A stretch of DNA of 34,268 nt from Coniocarpon cinnabarinum (lineage: Eukaryota), in assembly GCA_051942205.1 (NCBI GenBank), contig JAVECO010000086.1, positions 62,001 to 96,268 on the forward strand. Direction: 5' to 3'. Made by a program: the position numbers and the translations under genes. Positions 1 to 11,390 of the stretch are shown in pieces (position 1 is the first letter of the stretch; each line of letters starts with the position of its first letter). The notes under the pieces are model-generated. The model did no database searches, was not told the DNA's origin, and saw only the letters and a list, made by a program, of their open reading frames with translations.

Positions 1-541
1 GTCTTAAAGGCGAGATCAAGCTGCGGCGTTCTGTCTTTTGATCATATATGTTATAGTGAAGCAATTGATGTTCCCAACCTCAAAGCAGTCAGGCCTGGCA
101 CTTGCGGTAGTGAAGGGTGATCTTATTCCGTGTAGCAGAGACCTCTTGGGATGCATAAGATTTCCGTCGGACCCGAGCGGGCTGAATGTTGACTAAGACA
201 CAATTGTCTGGCAAGATCGTAATTTGGTGGAGATTGTGGATGGGGTGCCTTCCGAAACCGTTATCATCTGCTTCCGTGCCATGAAATGCAGACAGTTCAC
301 AGAAAGTTTTCCCATGCATAATTTTGAGTCAGTATAGACTACGTCTTGGGACTGAACCGAACCTAATGATTTGGCAAGATTTCTCCTATGCGCTTAGGTA
401 CCAGTATGCCCAGTGGCTTGCCAGACATGAAAAAAATCAGTGTGTGGGGATCCCCTGCAATCGCGCAGTCGTCGGTATGCCCAATGAAATGTCCAGAACA
501 AGCTCGATTTGCAGTCTCGATCTCTGTCCGTCTGCATTCTC

Positions 542-1186
542 TCACCCTTCTCTGGATCGCCATCTTTGGTACTCTCCTCTCCAGTCATCTTCACCTTGAC
601 CCGAAATACCGGCTCCAACCTGTTTTTCTTTTTCTCCAACACATCGTTCTCCTAGAATACCCCAGCTTCTACTCCTCACGATCCGCTCTACACCCTGCTC
701 ATTCGCCAAAACGGATCTCAATTGCTGCGTATTGGATTCACGATTGTAGCTATAGTCCCTTGCGCTGTATGGATCCAATCTTTCATCAGTCGGTTGTACA
801 TTGCCCCAAAAGTCTCTATGTTCTGCGCCAGACGCCTCCTGTTCAGTGGACGCAACAGCCGCATCGGGTGAGACAGCGACGTTGGAACAGTAACTCAACA
901 CATCATCTCTGCTCCGCCAATTGGGGAAGAGGACTTCATCCTTGAACCGCGCGCATGTTTCGCCGGAGATGTTTCTTCTGTTACCACGCGGGGGAGGTTC
1001 AGGTTGCGTCGGTGTGCTCGAAAAGAGGGAAGGACGGGAGGGTGTGAGCATGGCGTTCAGATGTGTAGAGATACTGTCATCGACTGTGGAGCGGGAAAGG
1101 CGGAGGAAGTCTTGCAGAGCAGTCGCATTCACACAGAATTGCGGCGTCAGGATTGGCTCGGGCGCTGGTGGTGGGCGCTGAGCCAT
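542..1186 (-). CDS. MIX23: Mitochondrial intermembrane-space protein Mix23 / caffeine-induced death protein 2 (Cid2) family, ~214 aa, single exon
   Basis: Translation MAQRPPPAPEPILTPQFC...LQDFLRLSRSTVDDSISTHLN...C..F....LFPNWRSRDDVLSYC...DERLDPYSAR...LANEQGVERIVRSRSWGILGERC matches the Cid2/Mix23 pattern as I recall it. ATG at 1186 chosen by family pattern; an in-frame upstream ATG exists at 1357. Confidence 0.88.
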   Translation of the reverse strand: MAQRPPPAPEPILTPQFCVNATALQDFLRLSRSTVDDSISTHLNAMLTPSRPSLFSSTPTQPEPPPRGNRRNISGETCARFKDEVLFPNWRSRDDVLSYCSNVAVSPDAAVASTEQEASGAEHRDFWGNVQPTDERLDPYSARDYSYNRESNTQQLRSVLANEQGVERIVRSRSWGILGERCVGEKEKQVGAGISGQGEDDWRGEYQRWRSREG

Positions 1187-1592
1187 GATCGTAAACGGCG
1201 GACGCAGCCCGGCTACTGCAATGACGGTGGTGGGCGAAGAATGGAGGTTTCCAGCACCTTTCAGTCCCGGGTCAACCGCGGTTCTATTTGCTTTGTTTTC
1301 AGCCGAGGGCGCTGAGGAGAGGGATGGAGTACGTGACCACAGAAGATCGGACAGCATGGACAAGAGCGCAAAGGTCAATTGTTACGGGTTGACCAGGGAA
1401 AAGATTCCGAGTATGGAGTCAGCTATACATAGCTCGAGGCTTCCGGTGGGTTGATAAACATGCGTCAGACTGAAGAGATGTCATGGCTGTGTTTCGATGG
1501 AACAAGTCATTGGTCTATTTGTCCACCCAAACATTACAATAGCAGGACAATAAATATCGCAATCACATGATGTCATCTACACGTCGCCACGG

Positions 1593-1610
1593 ACGCGTTG
1601 GGAGCGCGTC
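1593..1610. promoter_or_regulatory. MCB (MluI cell-cycle box) pair in the divergent MIX23/CDC9 promoter
   Basis: Exact ACGCGT at 1593-1598 and a second core CGCGT at 1605-1609 (two oppositely oriented GACGCG). MCB elements drive G1/S expression of yeast CDC9 (established). Function here is inferred. Confidence 0.6.
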
Positions 1611-1974
1611 TTCTGCCTAATCGTGTGCTTGCTGCATTGGGATTATGCGACAATGTTGCCTTGATCGGAGCCTTTTACCGACTGTCGTTCCAAAAGCAAG
1701 GCTTTCCCCTCCGTATCTCTCGCTTCGCCCCTCTCCAAATGTTGCTCGCTGCTATAATCATACCAGAGCTTCTCCGCCTTCTACAGAACGACTTCCCCGG
1801 GCCTGTCGAAAAGGCCTCTCTTGGTGTAGCTCTACTCGATTTCGCGCTCATTTTCTGGCTGGTCAAGTTTCTCATCGAGTGCTACACTGGTCTTCACTGG
1901 ATAGACGCAGAGCTTCTTCATCCGCCCGCCGGCACGTCATAGGCACCGACAATCTGTCTCAAACCCGCTATACC

Positions 1975-4836
1975 ATGGCGCCAAAACAGGCCACATTAGG
2001 GTACGTCAAGTCCCCGCAGATGACGCTGGGGTGCGTTTGAGATATCGTACGGGAAGGCATCTCAAGCAACTAACGCTCAGGCAGCAAATTCATGGGAGGG
2101 TCTGGTGCAGCTAAAGCAACTTCCCAGCAATCCAAGCTCAAGTTTGGCACCAAGGCTGAGGCTGGCAAAGAAGGGAAAGCGAGTGAGGCCAGTGAGCCCA
2201 CGCAGCAGAGGCCGAAAGATGAGGCAAGCTCAGCTGCATCCAACTCACATGCTGAGACCAATGGTGATTCAGCAATGCCCGATATAGAGAATGAACTAGC
2301 ACCGGTCAAAGAAGAACCATCCTCCAGCAAGGACTTGGCGCGGAACTCGGAGTCGCCAGCCCGCAAGCGTCAAGCCAGCGAGAAGAACGAAGATGAATCA
2401 GATGAGGACGAAGCACCAATCCGGAAGAAGAGGAGGTCAGCACTGAAACAGGTCAAAAGCGACGACACTGAGGATGCTCCCGGTACAAATGGTACCACTG
2501 AAGCGGTAAGGCAAAAGTCCCGCAAGAGCGTCAAGTTCGATGAGGACGTCGAAGATGTATCTCAGAAGCCGAAGCCAAAGCCAAAGGAAAAGAGGCAGCC
2601 AAAGAAGAAAACCTCAAAGAACCAGCAAGGCGCTGAGAAGACTGCAAGTAGCGAACCGGACGAATCACACGAAAATGCAGATGAGGCGTCCGCAAAAGCA
2701 ACTGCATCTGTAGGTTCTGACAGGGATGCCTCAGATCATGAGGATGACGTTGCTCCGGAGAAGAAGGAGGAAGTCTCGGTAAAGGCGCACGAGAAGATGC
2801 AATCCACGCTCAAATCCAAAGCGCAGGACCCGTATCCAGACTGGAAACCCGGCGATCCAGTCCCGTTTGCGGCACTGTGCACGACTTTTTCAAAAATCGA
2901 AATGACCACAAAGCGTCTTGAGATCACAGCACACTGCTCGCTTTTCCTGAGACAAGTCATGCGCTTGACACCAAATGATCTCCTACCAGTTGTCTTACTG
3001 ATGGTTAACAAGCTCGCGGCCGATTACACTGGTATTGAGCTTGGCATTGGAGAATCGTTGATTATGAAGGCCATCGGTGAAACGACTGGTCGGAACATGA
3101 ACATCATCAAAGCTGATCAGAATGAGATTGGCGATCTCGGTCTCGTGGCCGCAAAGAGCAGATCAGTGCAACCGACCATGTTTAAACCCAAACCGTTGAC
3201 AGTACGAGGTGTGCACGAAGGTCTTATTGGTATCGCTACAGTTGAAGGCCAAGGAGCTCAGGGTCAAAAAATAGCCGGCATTAAGAAGCTTCTGTCAGCC
3301 GCAGATGCTCACCTGGCTGGCACTAAAAAGATTGACATCACCGTGGATAAAGGCGGTCCAAGCGAGTGCAAGTACATCATCCGCATGCTCGAAGGCAAGA
3401 TGCGCCTGGGACTTGCCGAGAAGACTGTACTAGTCGCGCTCTCTTCAGCCATGGTCACGCATGAAATATCCCAGAAGGGCGACAAGGTGCCCACTACTGA
3501 GCAATTGGCCAAGGGTGAACAGGTACTTAAGTCCGTCTATAACGAGCTGCCTAGCTACGAGGTCATCATACCGGCTTTTCTTAAAGACGGCGTATTCAAC
3601 CTTCGAGACACGTGCAACTTGCGGCCAGGCGTGCCACTGAAGCCTATGCTTGCACGTCCTACGAAGTCCATCACAGAGGTCCTAGATCGTTTCGAAGGCC
3701 ATGACTTCAGCTGTGAATACAAGTACGACGGAGAGCGCGCACAGATACACTTCAGCGCCAATGACGCTGCTGAGCAATTCGCAACCGCGGCGCCTTCTGC
3801 TGGCAAGAATGAAAAGGGCGTTGCCAACATCTTCTCTCGCAATTCCGAGGATCTGTCAAAGAAATATCCAGACATCTTGCAGAAACTTCCGACTTGGGTG
3901 AAAGACGGCACGAAAAGCTTCGTCCTTGATTGTGAGACAGTTGCATGGGATATGAACGAGAAGAAAGTCTTGCCGTTCCAGCAGCTAATGACCCGCAAAC
4001 GCAAGGACGTCAAGGCAGAAGACGTCAAGGTCAAGGTCTGTGTATTTGCCTTCGACATTCTCTACCTCAACGGCGAGGCACTCGTCAACAAGTCCTTCCG
4101 CGAACGCCGAGAGAAGCTACACGAAGCCTTCCAGCCCGTCGAAGGCGAGTTCGCCTTCGCCCAACACGGCAACACGAATAACATCGACGAGATCCAAACG
4201 CTGCTCGAGGCCTCCGTCAGCGCCTCCTGCGAAGGCCTCATGGTGAAGATGCTCGACGGCCAATCGTCCTACTACCAGCCCTCGCGCCGCTCCCAGAACT
4301 GGCTCAAAGTCAAGAAAGACTACCTCGCGGGCGTCGGCGACTCCCTTGATCTCGTGGTCCTCGGCGCCTACTACGGCAAGGGCAAACGCACTTCGGTCTT
4401 CGGCGCCTTCCTGCTCGCAGCCTACGACAAAGACCGCGAAGCCTTCGAGACCGTGTGCAACATCGGGACCGGCTTCTCCGAGGCCATCCTCGAAGAACTG
4501 CACACCCAGCTCGATGAAATCAAAATCGACAAGCCGAAGCCCTTCTACGCGCATAGTGGCGGCAACAAAGATCAGCCGGACGTGTGGTTCGAGCCGAAGT
4601 ACGTCTGGGAGGTCAAGAGTGCGGATCTGACGCTGAGTCCGCGGTATCAAGCGGCTATGGAGATTATCGGCCAAGGCAAGGGTGTCAGTTTGCGGTTTCC
4701 GCGATTCTTGAGAGTCAGAGAGGATAAGAAGGCGGAAGAGGCGACGGAGACGAAGAGGGTGGCGGAGATGTATCGCGCTCAAGAGGGGGTCGGGAAGAGT
4801 CAGGGACCGGCGGTGGATGATGATTTCGAGTATTGA
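1975..4836 (+). CDS. CDC9: ATP-dependent DNA ligase I; exons 1975-2030 (or 1975-2000) and 2085-4836, ~935 (or 925) aa; possible extended isoform from ATG 1645
   Basis: Motif I CEYKYDGERAQIH, motifs LDCE, FDILYLNG, EGLMVK, WLKVKKDY, and C-terminal SLRFPRFLRVREDK. Intron: donor GTGCGT 2031 (or GTACGT 2001), branch CTAAC 2070-2074, acceptor CAG ending 2084, joining in frame as ...TLG|KFMGG, a PIP-box-like QxTLGKFM. Confidence 0.97.
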
Positions 4837-7695
4837 AGTGGCTTCTAGTTAATGCTGCAACGATGTGGAGCACGAGTCTGTTAGATGTTGACATGTGTGC
4901 TTTATGCTTGTGGTCGGTATCTCATAGCAAGGCGCAGTGGTGCGAGAGGCATCTGTCACGATCTGCAGATTCACGGAGGCGTACTGTCTATCTAGCTCTT
5001 CAGCTCAGCATGAATATACTAAACATGACTCACTACCCGCTTTCGTCCCTCGAGATTTCTAGTTCCTGTACTCACGTCCACATTACCCAAGTTCCAACCA
5101 AGAGCTTTTGACCGATAAAAGCGAGGAAAAGAGTGAAAGGGATCAGCGGTCTATCGCGGGAAAGCACACACGTCGGCGAGAGGAAATAGACGGCCTAAAG
5201 AGTTCGGGGCTGGCAAATGGCATGAAATGGATGCTGATCCATGTCATGACCATGCGATGTAGGCATCGTCAATGCATACACTCAGGATGTTTCGACTTCC
5301 CAAATCGCATTGCATACATCGCGACAAGGCTCTACTTGCCACTAGGTCATCGTACCGAAATCGAAAAAGACAACACCATAGGCAAGACCGCGGTCGATCA
5401 GAATAATGAATGGCCAAGTCATGTTGCGACTAAGCGATTAAAGTGATGAAAGTGGAGCATTTTGAGTCTTCAATTTCTGATTGTTTGATTAATCGCACGC
5501 AGTTGTGAGGAAATTTATATACATTGTCATCAAAAAGATGTAGACCTATTCTTTTCTGGCAGCGATTAAATGTCTCTAATCCGTTCGTGCTCCGACGCAT
5601 AGTTCAGCCAGAAGCGGTCGACACGGTGCATCGAGTGTATAAGTCCTTGAGGGACTGAATGGCCATCATTGCCGTAGCAGTCTTTGCAGCGATGCTCAGC
5701 TACTCGAACTGCATCGAACGAACCTTCAAAGGCGTAATCAACGATTTTGAGCACAATTCCGTAGGTAGGTAGTGTAGTTCCTTGATTCCTTCAGGAGGTG
5801 AAGAGGGAGCGACAACGCTTTGCTTGTTCCCAACTGTCATGTCGACAGCTGTACGTATTCCGTTCATGGTAGGACAACAATATTAACGAGACACGGATTA
5901 CAAGCAGGACCTTGGACTCGTCCTCTCCACCCACTTGCGCCACTTCCGATGCATCTTCATTGTCTCTCCGCGCGCTTCCTCGTCACTAGAGAGGGGTTGA
6001 CGTCCCATGCGGGCAGAGGGTCTCAAGGTTGCGCGTCCAGGAGGCTCAGCTCTACAAGACTGGAGTTCACGGCAGCTTGGTTCCCTATCCTTGCGTTCAA
6101 GTTGATGTCCCATTCACTCGACCAGAAAAAGTCCATAGTCGAGCGGTTGGAAGACCATGGCGAATAGTCTGCGAAGGTCAGCAAACTGAACATTCCATTC
6201 CGTTCGGACTGCAGAAAGCTCGTTGAATCCTTCGTGATAATACGCTAATTGCCCGATCTGCAAACCAGTTGCGCGTCTTGCGAGTGAACCGTTAGAGGCC
6301 ATCAGAAGCATTCCAGATGTTGCAAGCGGCCGAAAGCACAGCACCTCTCGACGTCTTCCAACGCTGGCGCTTTGGCGTGAGCTCCTTGTATGACCAGTGG
6401 CTCGACGTGTCCAAGAGCAAACACTCCCAGTGACAGCTATCTTTTGTACCGTGCGATCCCTCTGGAAGTCGAAACGGACCCTACCGATCGATGTATATAT
6501 ATGAAAGTGTGTCTACGTTATTAATGGACAACACTTCAATTGACAAGAGCGGTAAGTGCTCCAAGCACGAACCAGCTCTGTGTCCACTGAGGCCAAGTGA
6601 TTGTCCAAGGTTTGACCCTCTTCGCCTCATCTGGGTGTTTCAAGGTATCCCAACCTGTAACCACGGCTATAGTGGCCGGTTTGATCTCGGCCTCTGTCAT
6701 GGCGCATAAGTCCGAGCAGCGAAAGTACTCGAACGTCTGGTTGATCTTCTGTACTTTTGTCTGTACCGATCGGTAGATATATATAAAAATATGTGTGTGA
6801 TTAGATAGATAGCGCTCTAATCGACGAGCGCGGTTGAGAATCAGGGAACCGGTCACAAGTGTATGTTCCTTTTGTGCATCAAGGGTAAACCCTGCGCACA
6901 CTCGGCCGTACCAGCAGATCTCGTGCCACCTCTTGAAGTTGGGATAATTGCCAAGTTCAAAGATGGAACGTCAATGACGCGGCTGATGTTTGTTTTGCCA
7001 GGCAAACACTCTCCGCATATATAAGCTGCTTGAGCGTGGGGCAACCTAGCACATAGGGATCCTCATCTCCATTTCAATCCTCTTTTAACCACTCTGCCGT
7101 CCAGGCCGTATACCACGCAACTCGTAGTCGGGTGATGCTGCCAGACGGGAACACAACGTAACGAAGGCGACTCGTCACGTAGTACAATAGCGCGTTATTG
7201 GCTTTTGATGCCAGTCGCCTAGCAACTTTTCCCGAGATTTGCAACAATCAGATCCCGCATTGAATTTGGCACAAGCGCCTTTTTCACCGATGACGCACTG
7301 CGAATTGTCAAAAGGCTTTTCAATCTCCGCCTGTCCACTCCAGACGCTTGTTGCCGTCGAGAGATCGAAGGATGCGTCTCCTCGACCATGGATCCGGGGC
7401 ATTTTACCATCCCGAGCCCGAAATAAGGCGACTAGCAGTGCTAGGCCTCTTTATCACCACGATAAGTGGTGCAAACGGGACGCTAGAGGTCCCTATATAT
7501 ATAGTACGTTGCTCAAGTGCCGGTGACCGTAGGACCTGCGAAGCCGCCCTGCATTTGGCACATGTTACTGGGCTCGCACTTTGCTGTACGCATGACAAAC
7601 ATATGGAATATGCGCAAGACAGTGTGAACAGCTCAGACAAGCTTAACATACAGAGCGGACACTCTGATGCCCGCCGCATCCTGAAGAGCACCATC

Positions 7696-8256
7696 TTATC
7701 TTGTTGACACCTTCATCGGAGCTGTCTCACCTCTGTTTCTATACTTTGAAGGTATAAACGTGTATAATCCGCCAAGGGTGCCTGAGACGCCGGCTGGGGC
7801 AGGCGATATATATAAGAGCTCGGGAATGTCCTCGGAGAGAGAATTTCGGATCTGAGCAACGTAAACGCCAATGTGCCGCAGGTCGATAGCAGCAGTGGCT
7901 TGAAGGTCATCGAGCGCTATTGGGACTGGCGGCTTTGCGTGAGTGTGAAGAAAGGCCGGACGAAAGGGCGGGAGGCGCTTGTAGTTCCAAGCGTTGGCGA
8001 ATAAACTGGATACTTCCAGTCTCGTTCGAATCCCGTGGCATTGGACGATGCCTGGGTTCGTGAGCGATGAATCTAGCATCGCTTTTATATATATAGATAA
8101 TGATATCAATCGTGGAGAAGCTGTGCCGGGTATGTTACGTGTGCCAGCGAGTGGCTCGACCTCTTTGTGCGCCTCCACAAACAAGACCAAGGTTAGGACG
8201 CCAGTCTCATCCAAATTGTCGATCCATCCGTGGTGTTCCAATTGGTGGTGTAACAT
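7696..8256 (-). other. 186-codon open frame of unknown status (exon or pseudogene fragment)
   Basis: Long for a chance ORF, globular-looking composition, same strand as the other long fragments in the interval. No motif recognised. Confidence 0.25.
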
Positions 8257-9856
8257 GTGCTTGAATATGGCATAGAGAAAGAGCCAAGCAGTTGCCTTTA
8301 TAGGGTTGTCAAGGTCTCATTCATTCTGTTCGTAGGGTCGTCGTTGACTTGCAGTAACGATTAAGTTTTTTTTCATCGTGTCCTGTGAAGATAGCTGTGC
8401 TCACGTCGTAGTCACCGATCTCTGCCAACACCACTGAATAGGATGGGCACCCGAACAAATAGATAACCTGGAGATTCAATACTATTGTCCTTCGTGCGAA
8501 GTGGACAAGCCGAAATACGAGAGCGTCTTTGGGTCCAGCCGCTAACCGCTCAAATTTGAATCCAGGAAGGACTCTATTCCTGCGGGCCCTGCTGCCTTGT
8601 CCCGGGTCTGTAAGTCTTTCTGGCAATACTCCGAGAGCTTAAAAGAGGCCCTCGCTTGACAACTTCGGCTGAATAGCGCCCCGTTAGCAAAGGCGATACC
8701 AATGTTGAGAATATAGCGATCCGTATGAAACCTGTTCAGATCGACTCTGAACGTTCTTGCAATCAGCAAAGTATATATACCTCTTCAACCCATGAAGATT
8801 GGAGATCCATCGAACCCCATGTTTAGTCTGCGGGTTCGGAGAAGCTTGCGAACCTCTGTGTCGTCGAGTTGGTCAAGATGTTCCAACAGCACACCCGCTC
8901 CAGAGGCTGAATACCTTCTGCGCAGGTAGACTAAGACACTTGCACATCGAAGAACGCCGTTTGTGTGCAGTGCGACCAGGTCGATGAGGAGTAATCGAGG
9001 GTCGCGACCGTATCGAGCATCTTTCTAGACTGGCGTTGGATATCGGATGCAGGGGGTAGCGCCAGGTCTTGATCGTGTTCCCCCTCCCATTCCTCAAGAC
9101 GTTCTGCTGGACGTTGTCGGTATTCCCATGGCCGAGAAATGATGTGCACGTGCAGAATCGGCCAGGTCTTCCATTGCGCCATGAGGTGCACTCAATACCA
9201 CGAAACCCAGTGCACGGTCTGCGACAAGAGACCTATTTTCCACCGCAAAGTTTCGGTCTCGTGTAAGTCTTCGCAGTACCTGCACGCACGAAGTGTCCGC
9301 CTGAATATACATATATATGAAGAATGAGCCTCAAGAGGGCTAGCAGGTAGATGCTCAAGAACATCCCTGCGGTTTCCGCCACCGGCACTCCCCAGGATGA
9401 GATTTGTTCATCAGCTCGTCGCGTCGGAGAGTGTCCACTCAAGACTGCGGTCTCTGCCCCGGCTTCTTCAGAGGACTCCCACAAGTTGTGCCAAACAGTG
9501 GGTCGGATGCTACAATTCACGGCCGCCACCGACGGCTCCAGTGATTTATCGCTGTGGTCCAATGCTCATGCTGGATGAGTAACGAATGATAATAGTGAGC
9601 AAGGCCGCAAACATGATGAGATCGATCATCACTTAGTTGTGGCATCAACGGGAGTCCAAACTGAAAAGCGTCCTGAGGAGAAGCCCTTGATCAGGAAGAA
9701 GAGTCGGTTTATGCTGTCCCATGCTTGCTGTTGCACGAGTCGCGACTTTCCTGAAATCGTTTAGAATTGCAAAGCAACTCAAAGTACGTGCAATGATTGA
9801 CACTGTGGCAAGCTAAATAGCGCCGCCGCCACAAGAGAAAAGCTCTCAGCGTCCAA

Positions 9857-11390
9857 TCAAGTATATATATAACGATTAGTCCAGCAACTGATGTCGACCA
9901 AGGTCTTTGATAGGCGTATACGATTAGATGTCGGAATCAGAAGCAACTTTGCAGGAAAGCACGGCGTCGTTCGTGTTGCTGTAGACAAAAGCGAGCTAGC
10001 AGTTTCCTTCTGGTCCACGGCTTTCCAATAGGCATCTACCCGGGTCTTTGAGGGCAAGGCGACGACATAGCGGATCGTACGGGACTTGGCCGATCGTTCA
10101 TTGAAGAGAGCGAGGAAAAAGAAATTAAAGGGCCGCTCGAGGGCCCTTTGGGTACTGGATGACCCTCGATGCATAGTTAGGAATCTCGCGACACTTCTGG
10201 CTGTTGTACGAGCCTTCACGACAGGTAATAAATTGTTCCTCAAAAGTTAACCGCTTGTAAAATCGACTCCAGATCGAAATGTCCCGGTTGGACCAGAAGT
10301 CATCTACGCAGTCAGATCGTCTTTTGACGTCTTCTGCAGAAATGACCTTTTGGGAACCCCTCTTTGACATCAGAGATACGCCCACCAGTGAGTTCGGTGG
10401 CGGACCACAGTGATTCTCGCTACGCAGGCCGCGATGAATGCTGCGGAAAGCGTCAATACCAACTCATCTGCGGAAATGGCAAGACCGTTTCCCAAATCCC
10501 GCACCGCTGCCAATATTGGGTACGTATCTTGTGTGCAAGGGATAAGTAGAAATTCAGCCAGGTAACGAAGGTGAGTGGCGAAGGGTTTGACGTGAGGGCA
10601 CCATATCGGATGCGTTTCTTCCAGTGGAACTCTCTGAGGCTGCTCTGCGTGTTCGTTCTGGGATATTGGCGAATAGAATGCCTTGTCAGCATGGTAAATC
10701 GGGGACGGTAATTGATGGCCTTGGTCGTTTGACGGAACGTATGTACGTATAAACATATAAGATTCCATCAGGCCGGGACAGTCAATCGCGGTCCCGAGTT
10801 CACGAAGACTAAGAACCTGTCGCTTGAAGCCGTCTGCCTTTAAGCTGTGTTGGTGATCGGCTAACCGCCCTGCGCTAAGCTGCCATGCCTTTGGGCTTCC
10901 GTTTCGTCCGGAATTGGCAAAAAATGTTAATATCACATCCAGGACGGCAGAGAGCGTGTTGAGTCGTTGGTCAGCAGATGTGACGGAGGTCAACATGAAT
11001 GGCCAATCCAAAAGTAAATCCTGAAGTAGGCGTGTAGGGAATTGGAACAACTTCATATAGACAGCTTTTGTGACTCCGCTGGCTCCGAAAGGTCGGGAAG
11101 TCATTCTTCCAAGATGAGCTGTACCGGAATAGTTTTACATAGCTCAAGGTTACTGACTCGAATGCTGTTGCTTGTTGCCGAAGCTGGCACATACGAGAGC
11201 TCCGCAGCTGGGACGCTACTCCAACGTGTCCAGCTTTTGCTGTCGAAACACTTCTCAAGACAGCCCGAGATTTCCTCGCAAGCGTATTCACAGGACTCAT
11301 TGCGGAGAGCATCATATGCAGAGCCTCACATCGGACCTGAGTCTTCGTGTGATCCTGAGCTGAGGATTCGGGGTGATCCATCGAAGACAA
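9857..11390 (-). pseudogene. Possible decayed or unusually spliced gene: chain of overlapping minus-strand ORFs (139, 244, 86, 128 aa), product unknown
   Basis: ORFs 10971-11390, 10370-11104, 10125-10385 and 9857-10243 overlap successively in different frames. ATG 11381 can be joined in frame to the 244-aa ORF through a GTATGT(11194)...TACAG(11119) 76-nt intron that lacks a canonical branch site. No domain recognised. Confidence 0.3.

Noticed and set aside
89..563. Short minus-strand ORFs downstream of MIX23
   Set aside because: No start/splice model or motif could be supported; probably UTR or intergenic.
4117..4782. 221-aa antisense ORF within CDC9
   Set aside because: Shadow of the strongly C/G-ending codons in the 3' part of the ligase; no independent motif.
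8756..8780. 25-nt micro-intron candidate GTATAT...GCTGAT..CAAG on the minus strand
   Set aside because: Far shorter than the introns seen elsewhere here (52 nt and up), and removing it does not clearly restore a long frame.
8799..9327. Cys/His-rich plus-strand ORFs suggestive of a zinc finger or IBR domain
   Set aside because: Cys spacing does not fit a defined finger, the fragments are short and in different frames, and the opposite strand reads as more protein-like.
9613..9664. Box C (ATGATGA) ... box D (CTGA) snoRNA-like pair; a similar pair at 5443-5480
   Set aside because: Too short, no terminal stem and no recognisable rRNA guide.
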